This document shows positions 53,401-64,000 of a stretch of 64,000 nt of DNA, in pieces. Positions within the stretch are counted from its first letter, which is position 1. Each line of letters begins with the position of its first letter. The notes under the pieces were generated by a model. It had not been told where the DNA came from, ran no database searches, and saw only the letters and a program-made list of their open reading frames with translations. The DNA comes from Camelus ferus (taxonomy: Eukaryota): contig NC_045713.1 of assembly GCF_009834535.1 (NCBI RefSeq), positions 19,282,001 through 19,346,000 on the forward strand, in the 5' to 3' direction. A program made the position numbers and the translations under genes.

Positions 53401-56400
53401 ACCTCCTCCTTGTGTGACGATCTCCTTGGGTGATAGTGCCTTGTCCTTAGCTTCTGCTGTCTTTGGCAGACAAATCAATGCCCCACCTAAGATCATTATT
53501 CACTATTGGGGTGTCTTGGATGGGTTGGCCAAGATAGAAATTAAGATTTATTCTGTCCCTACTGGGGGCCAGGTAATGAATAGACCTTTTGTTGTCCAGC
53601 TCTCACAACAGTGAACAAATTGTTATTATCCCCCTTTTGCAGATAAGGAAACTGAGGCTCAGAGAGGTTAAGTTGCTTTCTCAAAGTCACAGCTAGTAAG
53701 TAGTGGAGCCAGGATTCAAGATCAGGTCTGTCTGATTCTAAAACCCAGGCCTCTCCTGCCATCCCTGGCACCTCTCCAGAGCTGGCTGGTGAGGTGGGCT
53801 GGGAGGCTGGTTGTAGGGTGGGGTGCCACCTCCCCCATTCTCGTTCCCCAGCAATTCTGGCTGCTCCTCCTGACCCGGGGCCTGGTGGGGGTCGGAGAGG
53901 CTAGTTACTCCACCATCGCGCCCACCCTCATCGCTGACCTGTTCGTGGCAGACCAGCGGAGTCGGATGCTCAGTGTGTTCTACTTTGCCATCCCAGTGGG
54001 CAGGTGAGTGGATCTCCGGCCTGGTGGGGAGGTGGAAAGGCCTCGCCTGGGACATGACTGACCCTCTGTCTCCTCTCCTCCCCCACCCCCTCCCCACAGT
54101 GGTCTGGGTTACATTGCAGGCTCCAAAGTGAAGGATGTGGCTGGGGACTGGCACTGGGCTCTGAGGGTGAGTCTGGTCACAGCCTGGGGGGAGGTCGGCA
54201 ATGTGCTCACTGATTCCCCCTTCCCAATCTTTAGACACCCCTCTTTTAAGGCAGTGCTCACTCTGCCAAGCCTGCAAGAAGCCTAACTGCCCTCACCGTG
54301 AAGCTGTGTGTTAGACAGAACTCTTGGTTACAGGTGACAGAAGCCCTTTGTAAAACTGTAAGCCCTCACATGAGACTGTATTGTTTCTCATAATGGAAAG
54401 TCCCAGGGTGAGCTTCACGTAAAGCTGGATCCAGGACTTTGACACTTTGACAGGAATTCGATCATCCTTTTCTCAGCTCTACTTTCCTCTGTGTTAACTT
54501 CACTTTCAAGCAAGTGAAAGCTCCACACTTTTATCTTCCTATTTAGAAATATTGCCACTCAGGGTCCTTGAGTAATAGTCCTGGAACAGGGGTCACATGC
54601 CTGCCATTGAATCAATCACCAAGGCTGTTAGGGTGCTGTTACCAAAGAGGGAACAGTTAGGCTTGCAGCAACGGGGGACCCCCAGTGGCAGTCACCCCTC
54701 CCCTCAGTCACAGGTTCAGCTTCCTGGAACGGGCACTCACAGGGTGTTTGGGGTCCTGCGGCCTAGGTTGACTTTACACACCCTTGCATTCTCCCAGCCT
54801 CCAGGATTGCGTGTCTCCCTGTCTATGCCTTTCCTGAAGCCCACTCTGTCCCCAGGTGACACCAGGTCTGGGAGTTGTGGCTGTTGTGCTGCTGTTCCTG
54901 GTTGTTCGGGAGCCGCCAAGGGGAGCTGTGGAGCGCCACTCAAACTCACCACCCCTGAACCCGACCTCCTGGTGGGCAGATCTGAGGGCTCTGTCAAGAA
55001 AGTGAGTTTAGTTCCATCCTAATCCAACATCTGAGGCCCTTGGGGAGATCCTGGGGTCTAGTTTTAAAGATACATGTGGGTGTGGTCTTTGTTTTCTGTC
55101 TGGTGGCCCTTCCCCAAAGCCAGGAATTCTGTCACCACTGCCCCCTTGTGGCAGCTGCTTGAATTACAGGCCCAGATCCCAGCAGCCAGGACAGCCTCCC
55201 CACCTAGTGCCCTGACTTTATTAAAATAAGACAGGAAGGGAGAACAGAGGCACCTGACTCTGATACCTCAGTGGAGTCTAACTTCCTCCCTCCTAATTGT
55301 CTGCAGTCCTAGTTTCATCCTGTCTTCCCTTGGTTTCACTGCTGTGGCCTTTGTCACGGGCTCCCTGGCTCTTTGGGCTCCTGCTTTCTTGCTGCGTTCC
55401 CGTGTGGTCTTGGGAGAGACCCCACCCTGCCTTCCTGGAGACTCCTGCTCCTCCTCTGACAGGTACCCAGATGGGGGCTGGGCTGGGGGGCCTGCAGGTG
55501 GCAGGGGATGAAGTGGAAGGAGTCTTGTGATTCAGACTCAGGCAAGGAGAGTTTGAATCCTGACTCTACAAGCTACTTCCTCTCCCTGTCTCGGTTTCTG
55601 GTCTGGGACATAGGTGCCTTCCTCTTGCCTGGATTGTGAGGGTGGCTGGGATGGACCATCTTTTTGGGCCAGGAGGGTGAGGCTAGGGGGCTTTGCTGGC
55701 AGAGGGTCTAGTCTCCTGCCCCTCCCTCTCCCCTCAGCCTCATCTTCGGGCTCATCACCTGCCTGACCGGGGTCCTGGGTGTGGGCCTGGGTGTGGAGAT
55801 CAGCCGCCGTCTCCGCCGCTCCAACCCCCGGGCTGACCCGCTGGTTTGTGCTGCTGGCCTCCTGGGCTCTGCACCCTTCCTGTTCCTGGCCCTCGCCTGC
55901 GCCCGTGGTAGCATCGTGGCCACCTATGTGAGTAGCCAGCAGGTGTCAGAGGGGGTGTTTTGGGTCCAGGGGGGAGGAATGGTGCGCTGGGGTAGGACTG
56001 AGGTCAGAGCCGACTCTGGAGTAGGAATGCCTGGGTTTGAATCCCAGCTTTGGCCCTTCTGAGCTGTGTGACATTGAACAAGTGACTTAATCTCTCTGTG
56101 CTCAGTTTCATCTTCTGGAAAAATAGGTATAATAATAGCACCTACAATAGTCTCCTAGCACCTGTTGTGAGGGTTAAATGAGTCAATAAATGGGCCTGGT
56201 ACCTGGTGAACCCTCCATGTGTTTGCTCTTGTAAAGAGACTGATGCCCACCCCTGTTGCCTCTCCTTCACCGCCTACCTCCCATTCTCCAGATTTTCATT
56301 TTTATTGGAGAGACTCTGCTGTCCATGAACTGGGCCATTGTGGCTGACATTCTGCTGGTGAGTAGGTGGGCCGCTGCAGGATTACCCCAGAGGCGGATGG

Positions 56401-57547
56401 GAGCAGAGAGTTGGGGCAGGAGGCCTCACTCACCTTGAAATGTGGCCTTTACCCCTTCTTCAAAACCCAGCCCTGACTTCAGAGTTCAGCCCCAGATGGG
56501 TTTGTAATCTGGGCCTACCCTGCCCTTCACCCTAGCCACAGCTCTGAGCTGGGGTTCACTTGACCTCAGCCTAGGCTGAGCCTTGGCCCTGTCCTCACCC
56601 TCTGCCCCTCTCTACCCCCAGTACGTAGTGATCCCCACACGACGCTCCACCGCCGAAGCCTTCCAGATTGTGCTGTCCCACCTGCTGGGTGATGCTGGGA
56701 GCCCCTACCTCATCGGCGTGGTGAGCACTGCCCCTTGACCGGGCCTAGGATGGGGCTTGTGGGACCCTACATTCCCAGCACTGGCCGAAGTAGAAGGTCT
56801 GACCCTAGTGAGGCATCCATGTCCCCTGTGCGGGGCACCCCTCACCTTGGATCCTCAGCTGGATGGGCAGGGTTTTGTCTTTGCAGATTTCCACCAGAGG
56901 GTCCAGGCCTGAGCCTTCTTCATCCTTCTGGAGTTCGGGGGTTCCATCTCCATGACTTTCTCCTGCTTTTTCTTTCCTTGTTTCCCCACAGATCTCCGAC
57001 CGCCTCCGCCGGGACTGGCCCCCCTCCTTCTTGTCTGAGTTCCGGGCCCTGCAGTTCTCGCTCATGCTCTGCGCCTTCGTCGGGGCTCTGGGTGGTGCGG
57101 CCTTCCTGGGTACCGCCATCTTCATCGAGAGCGACCGCTGCCGGGCGCAGCTGCACGTGCAGGGTCAGTCAGGCCTTCCCTCTGTGTATCCACCACTCCT
57201 TGCCTAACTTCGTGATGCTACCTGCTTGTCCATCCATCTGCCCGCCCAGTCCCGTGTACCTGGCAGCTCTCAGTCCCCAGCCCTCCCCTCACTCGGCTTC
57301 TGGTCTGCCTGTCCCGTGGGCTGATGCCCTGCTGTGTGTCCACAGCACTGCTGGCTCTGCTGCCCCATCCATTTGTCACTGCCTGTTTCTCCCTTCCCTG
57401 GCCTTGTGTCTGTCTGTCCATCCAGCCCTGGCTCTGATCCCTCCCCTGGCAGGTCTATTGCATGAGGCCGGGCCCGCCGATGACCGTATTGTGGTGCCCC
57501 AGCGAGGCCGCTCCACCCGGGTCCCTGTGTCCAGTGTGCTCATCTGA
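50466..57547 (+). CDS. SPNS1: Protein spinster homolog 1 (lysosomal MFS transporter); exon 3 mostly in an N-gap
   Basis: Exons: 50466-50706, 50803-50868, (gap)-52722, 53852-54003, 54100-54166, 54856-55001, 55307-55462, 55738-55927, 56292-56357, 56622-56720, 56992-57163, 57453-57547. Peptides [61 protein letters not shown]. Confidence 0.97.
52019..52118 (+). mobile_element. tRNA-derived SINE (Vic-1-like)
   Basis: GGGTATAGCTCAGTGGTAGAGC (A box)...GAGTTCAATCC (B box) followed by an A-rich tail. Confidence 0.85.
52572..52711. other. Assembly gap (140 N) covering most of SPNS1 exon 3
   Basis: Sequence resumes with TCCCCAGAGAG|GTGAG, the 3' end and donor of exon 3. Confidence 0.95.
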
Positions 57548-57782
57548 GGAGGTCACCGCTTGCTACTTGCACACCTACCACAGCTGGCCCTGGGCCCACT
57601 GCAGAGGGTGCCGGGGCCCAAATCCTTGGCCTGGCTCATTTTCTACGAGGGGCCTTGGGCCGTGTTCCAGCTCCCACACACTACACGGGCGGCCAAGGAG
57701 GGATGCTGGGGGAACACTGGGGGTCCAGGAGGGAGATCCCCCCATTGGAGCAGCCCCAGGGGCTCGGTGCTATTTGTAACTG

Positions 57783-57788
57783 AATAAA
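57783..57788 (+). terminator. SPNS1 poly(A) signal
   Basis: AATAAA ~235 nt after the stop codon. Confidence 0.8.
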
Positions 57789-58357
57789 ATTTGTAGCCAG
57801 ACCCCAAGTGTCTGCTGGAGTCTCTCTGGTTACTGATGACCTCTGACCTCTGGATTGCAGGGGATGGCCTCTAGTCCCAGGCTCCCAGGGGCTGTTGGGT
57901 CACTCCTGTGGGGCCTCGGGCAAATCCCTGCCCTTCTGGGCTGGTGAACAAGGGGGTGGAGTGAGCTGGCTCTGTGTGACCATGAGTCACGCCCATATCT
58001 CCCCTAGGGCCCGCCCTATTAACAGGCCAGCCAGGGTGAGGTGGGGGTGGGCACTGCCCACGTCCCTCAGAATTCCTGGGGACAGAGCCTCCCTCCTTGC
58101 TGCCTCCTTGGGCCAGGGCTGTGGAGGCCACGGCAGCTGGCTGGCCTGCTAGTCTCTTTCCCTCCTCCCACTGGTATGGGTTGCCCCTTGTCCTCCTGGA
58201 GACCAGCAGACCCTTCTCAAGGGACTGGGCCTGGATCCTAAGGCCTCCTCCTCCCCCTCCCCACTGGCTGGGTGGGGGTGGAAGGGGGCGGGTGCAGCCG
58301 GCTGAGGAGCCCCGATGATTTCCTGCCCTCACCCGGCGCTCACCACAGCTTCCTGCC

Positions 58358-58358
<1 letters not shown>

Positions 58359-58394
<36 letters not shown>

Positions 58395-58403
58395 CAAGCA
58401 GGC
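58359..58403 (+). repeat. (CAGG)n tetranucleotide microsatellite at the LAT 5' end
   Basis: About 11 CAGG units with one CAAG interruption, directly after ACCACA (RUNX-like, 58342) and CTTCCTG (ETS-like, 58349). Confidence 0.9.
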
Positions 58404-58734
58404 TGAGGAGAGGCGGGTGCAGAGCCGAGGGACAGGTGAGGCTGGGGTTCAGGGTCTGTGTAGGGGTGGCTGGTGCCCCAGACTCCAGCCCAGGCCCTGG
58501 CCTGACCTCCCTGGGATCAGGGGTCTTCCAGAGCCAGGGCTGACGCCTACTCAGCCCAACGAAGGGAGAAGACCCAGGGAGCCCCCAAGGAGGGCACAAC
58601 TGTCCCGACCAGGCTCCCAGCTCGGTGCCCTCTGGGTCCTGCACCCTTGCCAGCTTAGCCCTTGCTGTGCTGCAGCTCTGCTCCTGAGGGGCCTGCAGTG
58701 AGCAGACAGGCCTGGTCCCAGCTCCCCGCTGCAG

Positions 58735-61700
58735 ATGGAGGCGGTCAGCCTGAGCCCCTATGTGCTGGGCCTCCTGCTGCTGCCTCTCTTGGCCGTGTTG
58801 CTGATGGCACTATGTGTGCGTTGCCGAGAGCTGCCAGGTGAGTGGGAGCTGGCGGGGTGACCAGATGCTCAGACACACCGACAGGGATCCTCACCCCCTC
58901 CCTGCAACCCCTCACTCCCTCTTTAACTGTCTCTCTTGCACTTGGAGAAGCTGAGAGCCCCATACTCTATCACTCTCTGCCCTCATCATCCCCTTTTCTT
59001 GCCTCACCGGCCCTCTTTTCTCCAGGCTCATATGATACCGCTGCCTCTGATAGGTGAGTCTGCCCTACTGACCCCGTGTGTCTCCCTCAGTACCCCATGC
59101 GAGGCTAGGCCCCAGGGAACTGGGGTGGGAGCTGGGGCCTCTCCTGGCCTCTTACCCAAACTGTGTCTCTATTGCCAGTTTGACCCCAAGTAGCATCGTG
59201 ATCAAACGGCCTCGTGAGTACATGGAGGGTTCCCTCCCTCGGGAGTGGGGACAGGGTCCCCTGGCATGGGGACCTCATGCCCTTGTTCAGGCTCCCCCTG
59301 TGGCTGCCCATGTGACCTTGACTTGAGCTGGGGATGGGAAGGGAGATAGGTGCCTGACCAGGGCACGGGGGTGTCAGGAGTTAGTCCGCCCTTCGAGGCC
59401 TTGACCAGGGTAGGGGCGTGATGTTTGGAGTCATTCCTTCAGCTTGGTCCTGTGTCCTCAGCCACTCTTGCCCCCTGGCCACCAGCCACATCCTACCCGC
59501 CTGTGACATCCTACCCACCCCTGAGCCAGCCAGACCTGCTCCCCATCCCGTAAGTAGCCCCTTCCCCTCCAGATTCCCCCTTTTTATCCTCTCACCTCCT
59601 TGGATTGGCAGCCTCAATCCCTCTTGCCCCAGAGGCCCACACCAGCATGACTTCTGACCTTTGACTCCCAGGAGGTCCCCGCAGCCCCCTGGAGGCTCTC
59701 ACCGCATGCCATCTTCCCGGCAGGCCTCAGATGGTGGTGAGCGTGGAGCGGGGGCCTTAGGGCTGGGGCTGGGGCTGGGCAAAGGGGATAGACCCGTCTG
59801 AGCTGACTCAGTTTCTCTCTTGTGCTCTCTCTGCAGCCAACAGCGTGGCGAGCTACGAGAACGAGGGTGTGCCTGGGACCCTGGCAGCCCTGACTGGGAG
59901 GAGGCTGGGGCCTGTCTGGGGATCGACTGACCCTGTGTCCTTACCCCCAGAGCCAGTCTGTGAGGATGAGGATGAAGATGAGGATGAGGAAGACTATCAC
60001 AACGAAGGCTACTTGTGAGTGGCCAGGAGGGAGGTGGGGGCTGAGGCCGGGGTCCTTTCTCACCTGCTCCTTGACTTCCCTCAGGGTGGTGCTTCCTGAC
60101 AGTGTCCCAGCCACCGGCACTGCTGTCCCACCAGCTCCTGTGTCCAACAACCCCGGCCCCCGAGACAGCGCCTTCTCCAGTGAGTCGGCCATCTGACTGC
60201 TCCCCTGCCTCTTCCCTCTCCCCCGGATGCTCTCTCCCCCTCCATGTTCTCTCTTCTCTCTTTCTAGCTCTCCTGTCCATCAGAGAGTGGACTTCTGGCT
60301 CTGATCTTCTAATCTTCTTACCTTTTCTCTCTCTTTTCCTCTTTGTCTTTTCCTTTTATTGTCTGCCAGATTTCCTTAATGTTATTCATCTTTTGACTCT
60401 CTGCTTTTACTTTGTCTTTCCTGTCCAAAAGCTCTTTCTTCATTTCTGAGTGCTCCTTTTTCATAGCCTCCTGTTCTTGTTTCACGAAGGGGATATCATC
60501 TTCTGAATCTCTAAGGATACTAACTATAGGTTGTCTTTTCTGGGTATCTTTGAAAAGTTTTCTTCTGCTTCTTGGGTTGTTTCAATTTCCTTTGGGCTGC
60601 TTTTTTCTCTTCATTGATCTTGATCTCATTCTGCCTGTTGGAGACTTTCCTCAATGTCTTGTGATTGTCAGTGTTCTGTTACTCTCCTTTTTCTCTATAC
60701 TTGCCCTGGGCCATCACTTCCACTCCCCGGGTTCATTTGCCATCCAGATTACCAACTTGCTACCTCTTCCCTGAGCTCCAGACTGTCTGTCCAAGTTCTT
60801 ATCTTCATTCATTCACTCATTCATTCATTCATCATATTAACTGAGTGCCTCTGATGTAATCCCAGCTAATGAGATTAAGTCACGATAAAAGAACAAACAT
60901 TATTGAGGGCCTACTACATGCTCTACTAAGAGTTTTATGTGTATTAACTTATCAAACCTCACAGTTCCCAGGTGCTGTTGAGCCTGTCCCTTCCCCTCCT
61001 GCCCCTCACTTATCTCATCTGTACGATGATGTATTTATTTGACACTTGGCAGCACACTTACTGTACGAGAGGCCCTATTTTAATTCACCGCTTTAGTCCT
61101 CACAAACCCTTATGCCATGTGTACCGTTTCTCACCCTATTTTACAGGTGAGAAAACTGAGGCCCAGAGAAGTTAAGTCGCGTGCCTGAGGTTACATGGTT
61201 AGTTAATGCTAGAGCTGGACTTGAGCCTGGACAGTCTGGCTTAGAAGCCTGACTTGTCCACATCCTCATGGAGAAGTAAATCAACACCTAAAAAATAAGA
61301 TGCTGTCAATGGCAACAGGCACTATGGAGGGACAAGGATAGGAGAGAGGGTCAAGGAAGGCCTGGGTGGGGAGGAGGGCCCAGCTGGGCTGATGGCGCCT
61401 CTGACTCGGCCCAGCCCTGAATGTTGTTTCCTTTTCCACACTTGCCACACAGCCCCACTGCTCCGAGCTCCTCTCCACCCCTGCTCCTCAACCTGGGGGA
61501 CACACTAGGATCTGCTGTCTCTCCTCTCACAATTCTCTTCCCTCTAATCAGTTCTGGCCACATTGCTCTGCTTCTCTCCATGGCCACCAGCATCGCTGGT
61601 CCAGACCACCTTCTCTACATCCTCCGGGGCCAACCGTGGGCATGGTCTTGGGGTCTGTGTGCCAAAGTCTCTGGCTGGTTGTGTTGAAAGTCTTTGGTGG

Positions 61701-62304
61701 CTGCATTGGGAGTCTCCGGGTGTCCGCACTTAAGGATATCTGGGTAACGGCACTGGGGGGGCCCTGCTTTTCCTATAGTGGAGTCGGGGGAAGATTACGT
61801 GAACGTTCCTGAGAGCGAGGAGAGTGCAGATGCGTCCCTGGGTGAGTGGCCAAGGCCCCCCTTGGTGTTCTGGGGTCTCCCTTCCTTCTCTCACCCTCAC
61901 CCTTGCCACCCCCTCCCCGCTATCAATGTGGTCATTCTCCATCCCTGGGGGTGCCCACAGCCCCCTCTGTGGCTCCCTCGCCCTTGGTCTGGGTGGCCTC
62001 CTGCTCTCACCCTCAGTGTGGCCTGTCCCTCTTTTGGTGTGGCCGTCCCTCCTTCTGACCTTTCCCCACAGATGGGAGCCGGGAGTATGTGAACGTTTCC
62101 CAGGAGCTACAGCCTGTGGCAGGGACCAAGCCTGGTGTGTGTGGGGCGGCACTGGGGGATAGAGGCTGGGGGGGCTGCCTTGGAGGAGAGGCGGGATGGT
62201 TTGTGAGCTGAAGACCAGCCTCCTCTTCCTTCGCAGCCACTCCAGGCTCCCGGGAGGTGGAGGATGAGGAAGCTCCAGATTACGAGAACCTGCAGCCTAA
62301 CTGA
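58735..62304 (+). CDS. LAT: Linker for activation of T cells, 233 aa
   Basis: Exons: 58735-58837, 59026-59053, 59179-59213, 59462-59549, 59672-59736, 59837-59866, 59951-60014, 60085-60179, 61779-61841, 62072-62134, 62237-62304; total 702 nt. TM followed by CVRC palmitoylation motif; SYENE, GYLVV, DYVNV, EYVNV, DYENL tyrosine motifs. Confidence 0.97.
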
Positions 62305-62709
62305 GGGCCTGGTGAGGGGCCCCGCCCGTCCCAGCCCTGCCCTGGGCCTGTGGGCTCGTGACCCTCCCAGCCCCTCTCTGCCATCTCAGCCCTCTCCTTG
62401 CTGACTCTGGGGACCCCTCTGACCCCCACGACCTCCTGACCTCACAACCCCTCCTTCTCTCCCCGTCCTGTTGTGTTTCAGGGCAAGGCCGTGCCTGTTC
62501 CTGAATCAACCTGGCCTGGGAGAGCTGAGCTGGGTGGCTGGCAGTGGCTCTGAGGCACCCCGTCCCGGCTCTGGCCTGACCACAGCCTGAGAATTTTCCC
62601 TCTAACTTATTGTCACTTTGGGGTCCAGTCCAGTGTGGCCCCAGTACTCTGCACCTTCTGAAGCAGCCTGAGAATGAACTTCCCTGGCCCCAGCCCTACT
62701 CTGTAATAG

Positions 62710-62715
62710 AATAAA
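62710..62715 (+). terminator. LAT poly(A) signal
   Basis: AATAAA in the non-coding terminal exon that follows a 3' UTR intron. Confidence 0.8.
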
Positions 62716-63189
62716 GGCTGGTGTGGTCTGGAGCACTCTTGGCTTTGGGGGGTGCCCAGTGGGTTGGAGTCAGGATGAAGGTGGCTGTGTCCGAGGGTCT
62801 GTGAGTGTGTGTGTGCGTGTGTGTTTATGGGTCTCCATCCTCACAGGCCCTCCGAGCTCCCGAGGGTCCTGACCATGTCTGTGTGGGTGACCCTGTGGAC
62901 CAAGCCCGGGACATGTCACCTTCTGAGTGAGGCAGTTCTCATCCAGGCTCAGATGCGTCTCTCCATGAGGTTGTCCACGGAGCAGGCAGACGACGGCTGT
63001 GATGTTGGGGGGACAGGGTGTGGGGAAGTACTGGGTGGGCATCTAGAGAGAGACCCATCCCCCAGCTGGCCCCGGTTTCTCCATCTTTAAAACAAGGGGG
63101 TGAACCTGACAACCTCAGAGGGCTTTCTTAGCTCTTACTTTCTGTGGATCTTAATAAGACAGGACTTAAAAGATGTCTAAGCAACTAAA

Positions 63190-63355
63190 AAAGTTGACGT
63201 GCTGCCCAGTCCTCTGCAGACCAGCGTGCAGGTGACTCACCCGGGCGGTTGTGCTAAAATGCAGATTCTGATGCAGTAGGTCCGGGGTGGGGCCTAAGAC
63301 TCTGCATTTCTGAGGATCTCCCAAGTGGTTCTGCTGCTGCTGCTCTGAGACCACC
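63190..63355. mobile_element. MER5-like hAT remnant
   Basis: AAAATGCAGATTCTGATGCAGTAGGTCCGGGGTGGGGCCTAAGACTCTGCATTTCT motif. Confidence 0.7.
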
Positions 63356-64000
63356 CTGTGAGGAGCAGGGGCTGGTGGATGCCCCGGTCACTGCGACTGG
63401 CTCTGGCGTGGCCATGTGATGACCTGGCCAAAGTGAGACCCAGCGCTGGACATGGGCAGAAAGTGTCAGGAAGGAGAAGCTCTTTTTGTTCATGGCAGTT
63501 GTGCAACTGGGAGAATATGGTCCTGGAACCCTGCCTGGAGAAGGAAGCCAGCATGGAGGAGAGGAGGCCTAGAAGTTGGCAGGGCCGGCTTCCTGGTGGT
63601 GTCAGAACTCCTGGATCCGGTCACACCTGAAGCCTGATACCCCCTTAGACTTCAGTGACTCAGGCCAATAAATGACCAGTTTTCTTCAACCGGCTTGACT
63701 TGCGGTTTCTGTCGTGTACCATCAGAGCAGTCCTGAGTGAGACACAAAGTTGTTGGCGTCCTCTGGGCTCCAAAGGTAATAATCACAGCTCCTCTGTGGA
63801 GCACCTGCTGCGTTTCCGTGCTTATTTCGTCATCATCACTCCCCTGTTGTTGGTTACTGTGCGTATCCCTGATTTGCAGGTGAGGAAACGGGCTCAGAGA
63901 GGAGCAGTGATTTGCCCAAAGGCACGCAGCCAAAGTGGCAAGTCTGGGCTGGGATCGGTGGCTGTTGGCTCCCAGGGTCACTGTTGCCGGCACCCTTGCT

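Noticed and set aside
56735-58644. 270-aa plus ORF (56735-57547) and 257-aa minus ORF (57871-58644)
   Set aside because: The first is intron readthrough into the SPNS1 last exon; the second is a GC-rich shadow crossing the (CAGG)n repeat.

Overview
Mammalian genomic DNA, probably a camelid (inferred from about 10 copies of a tRNA-derived Vic-1-type SINE). Gene order matches the human 16p11.2 block: RABEP2 (minus, last exon outside window) <- CD19 -> NFATC2IP -> SPNS1 -> LAT. I traced the exon structures by hand from GT-AG sites and frame continuity. The main accessory element is a full-length but decayed class I (gamma-like) endogenous retrovirus at 12173-21045, between the divergent RABEP2 and CD19 promoters. 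It has two ~550-bp LTRs, a TAGTT target-site duplication, a tRNA-Ile PBS, gag-pro-pol-env and a PPT. It carries an unexplained ~360-nt pol-env spacer with an intact 59-codon ORF ending 2 nt before the env ATG, and an EnvP(b)-like env on a HERV-H/F-like gag-pol. As written, CD19 exon 1 has a +1 frameshift with a premature TAA, which is either an assembly error or a null allele. Also present are solo LTRs, L1/MIR/L2/MER fragments, a 12-nt RABEP2 microexon, an open in-frame LAT intron and three N-gaps, one hiding SPNS1 exon 3. Comparisons to human proteins and repeat families are from memory, not database searches.
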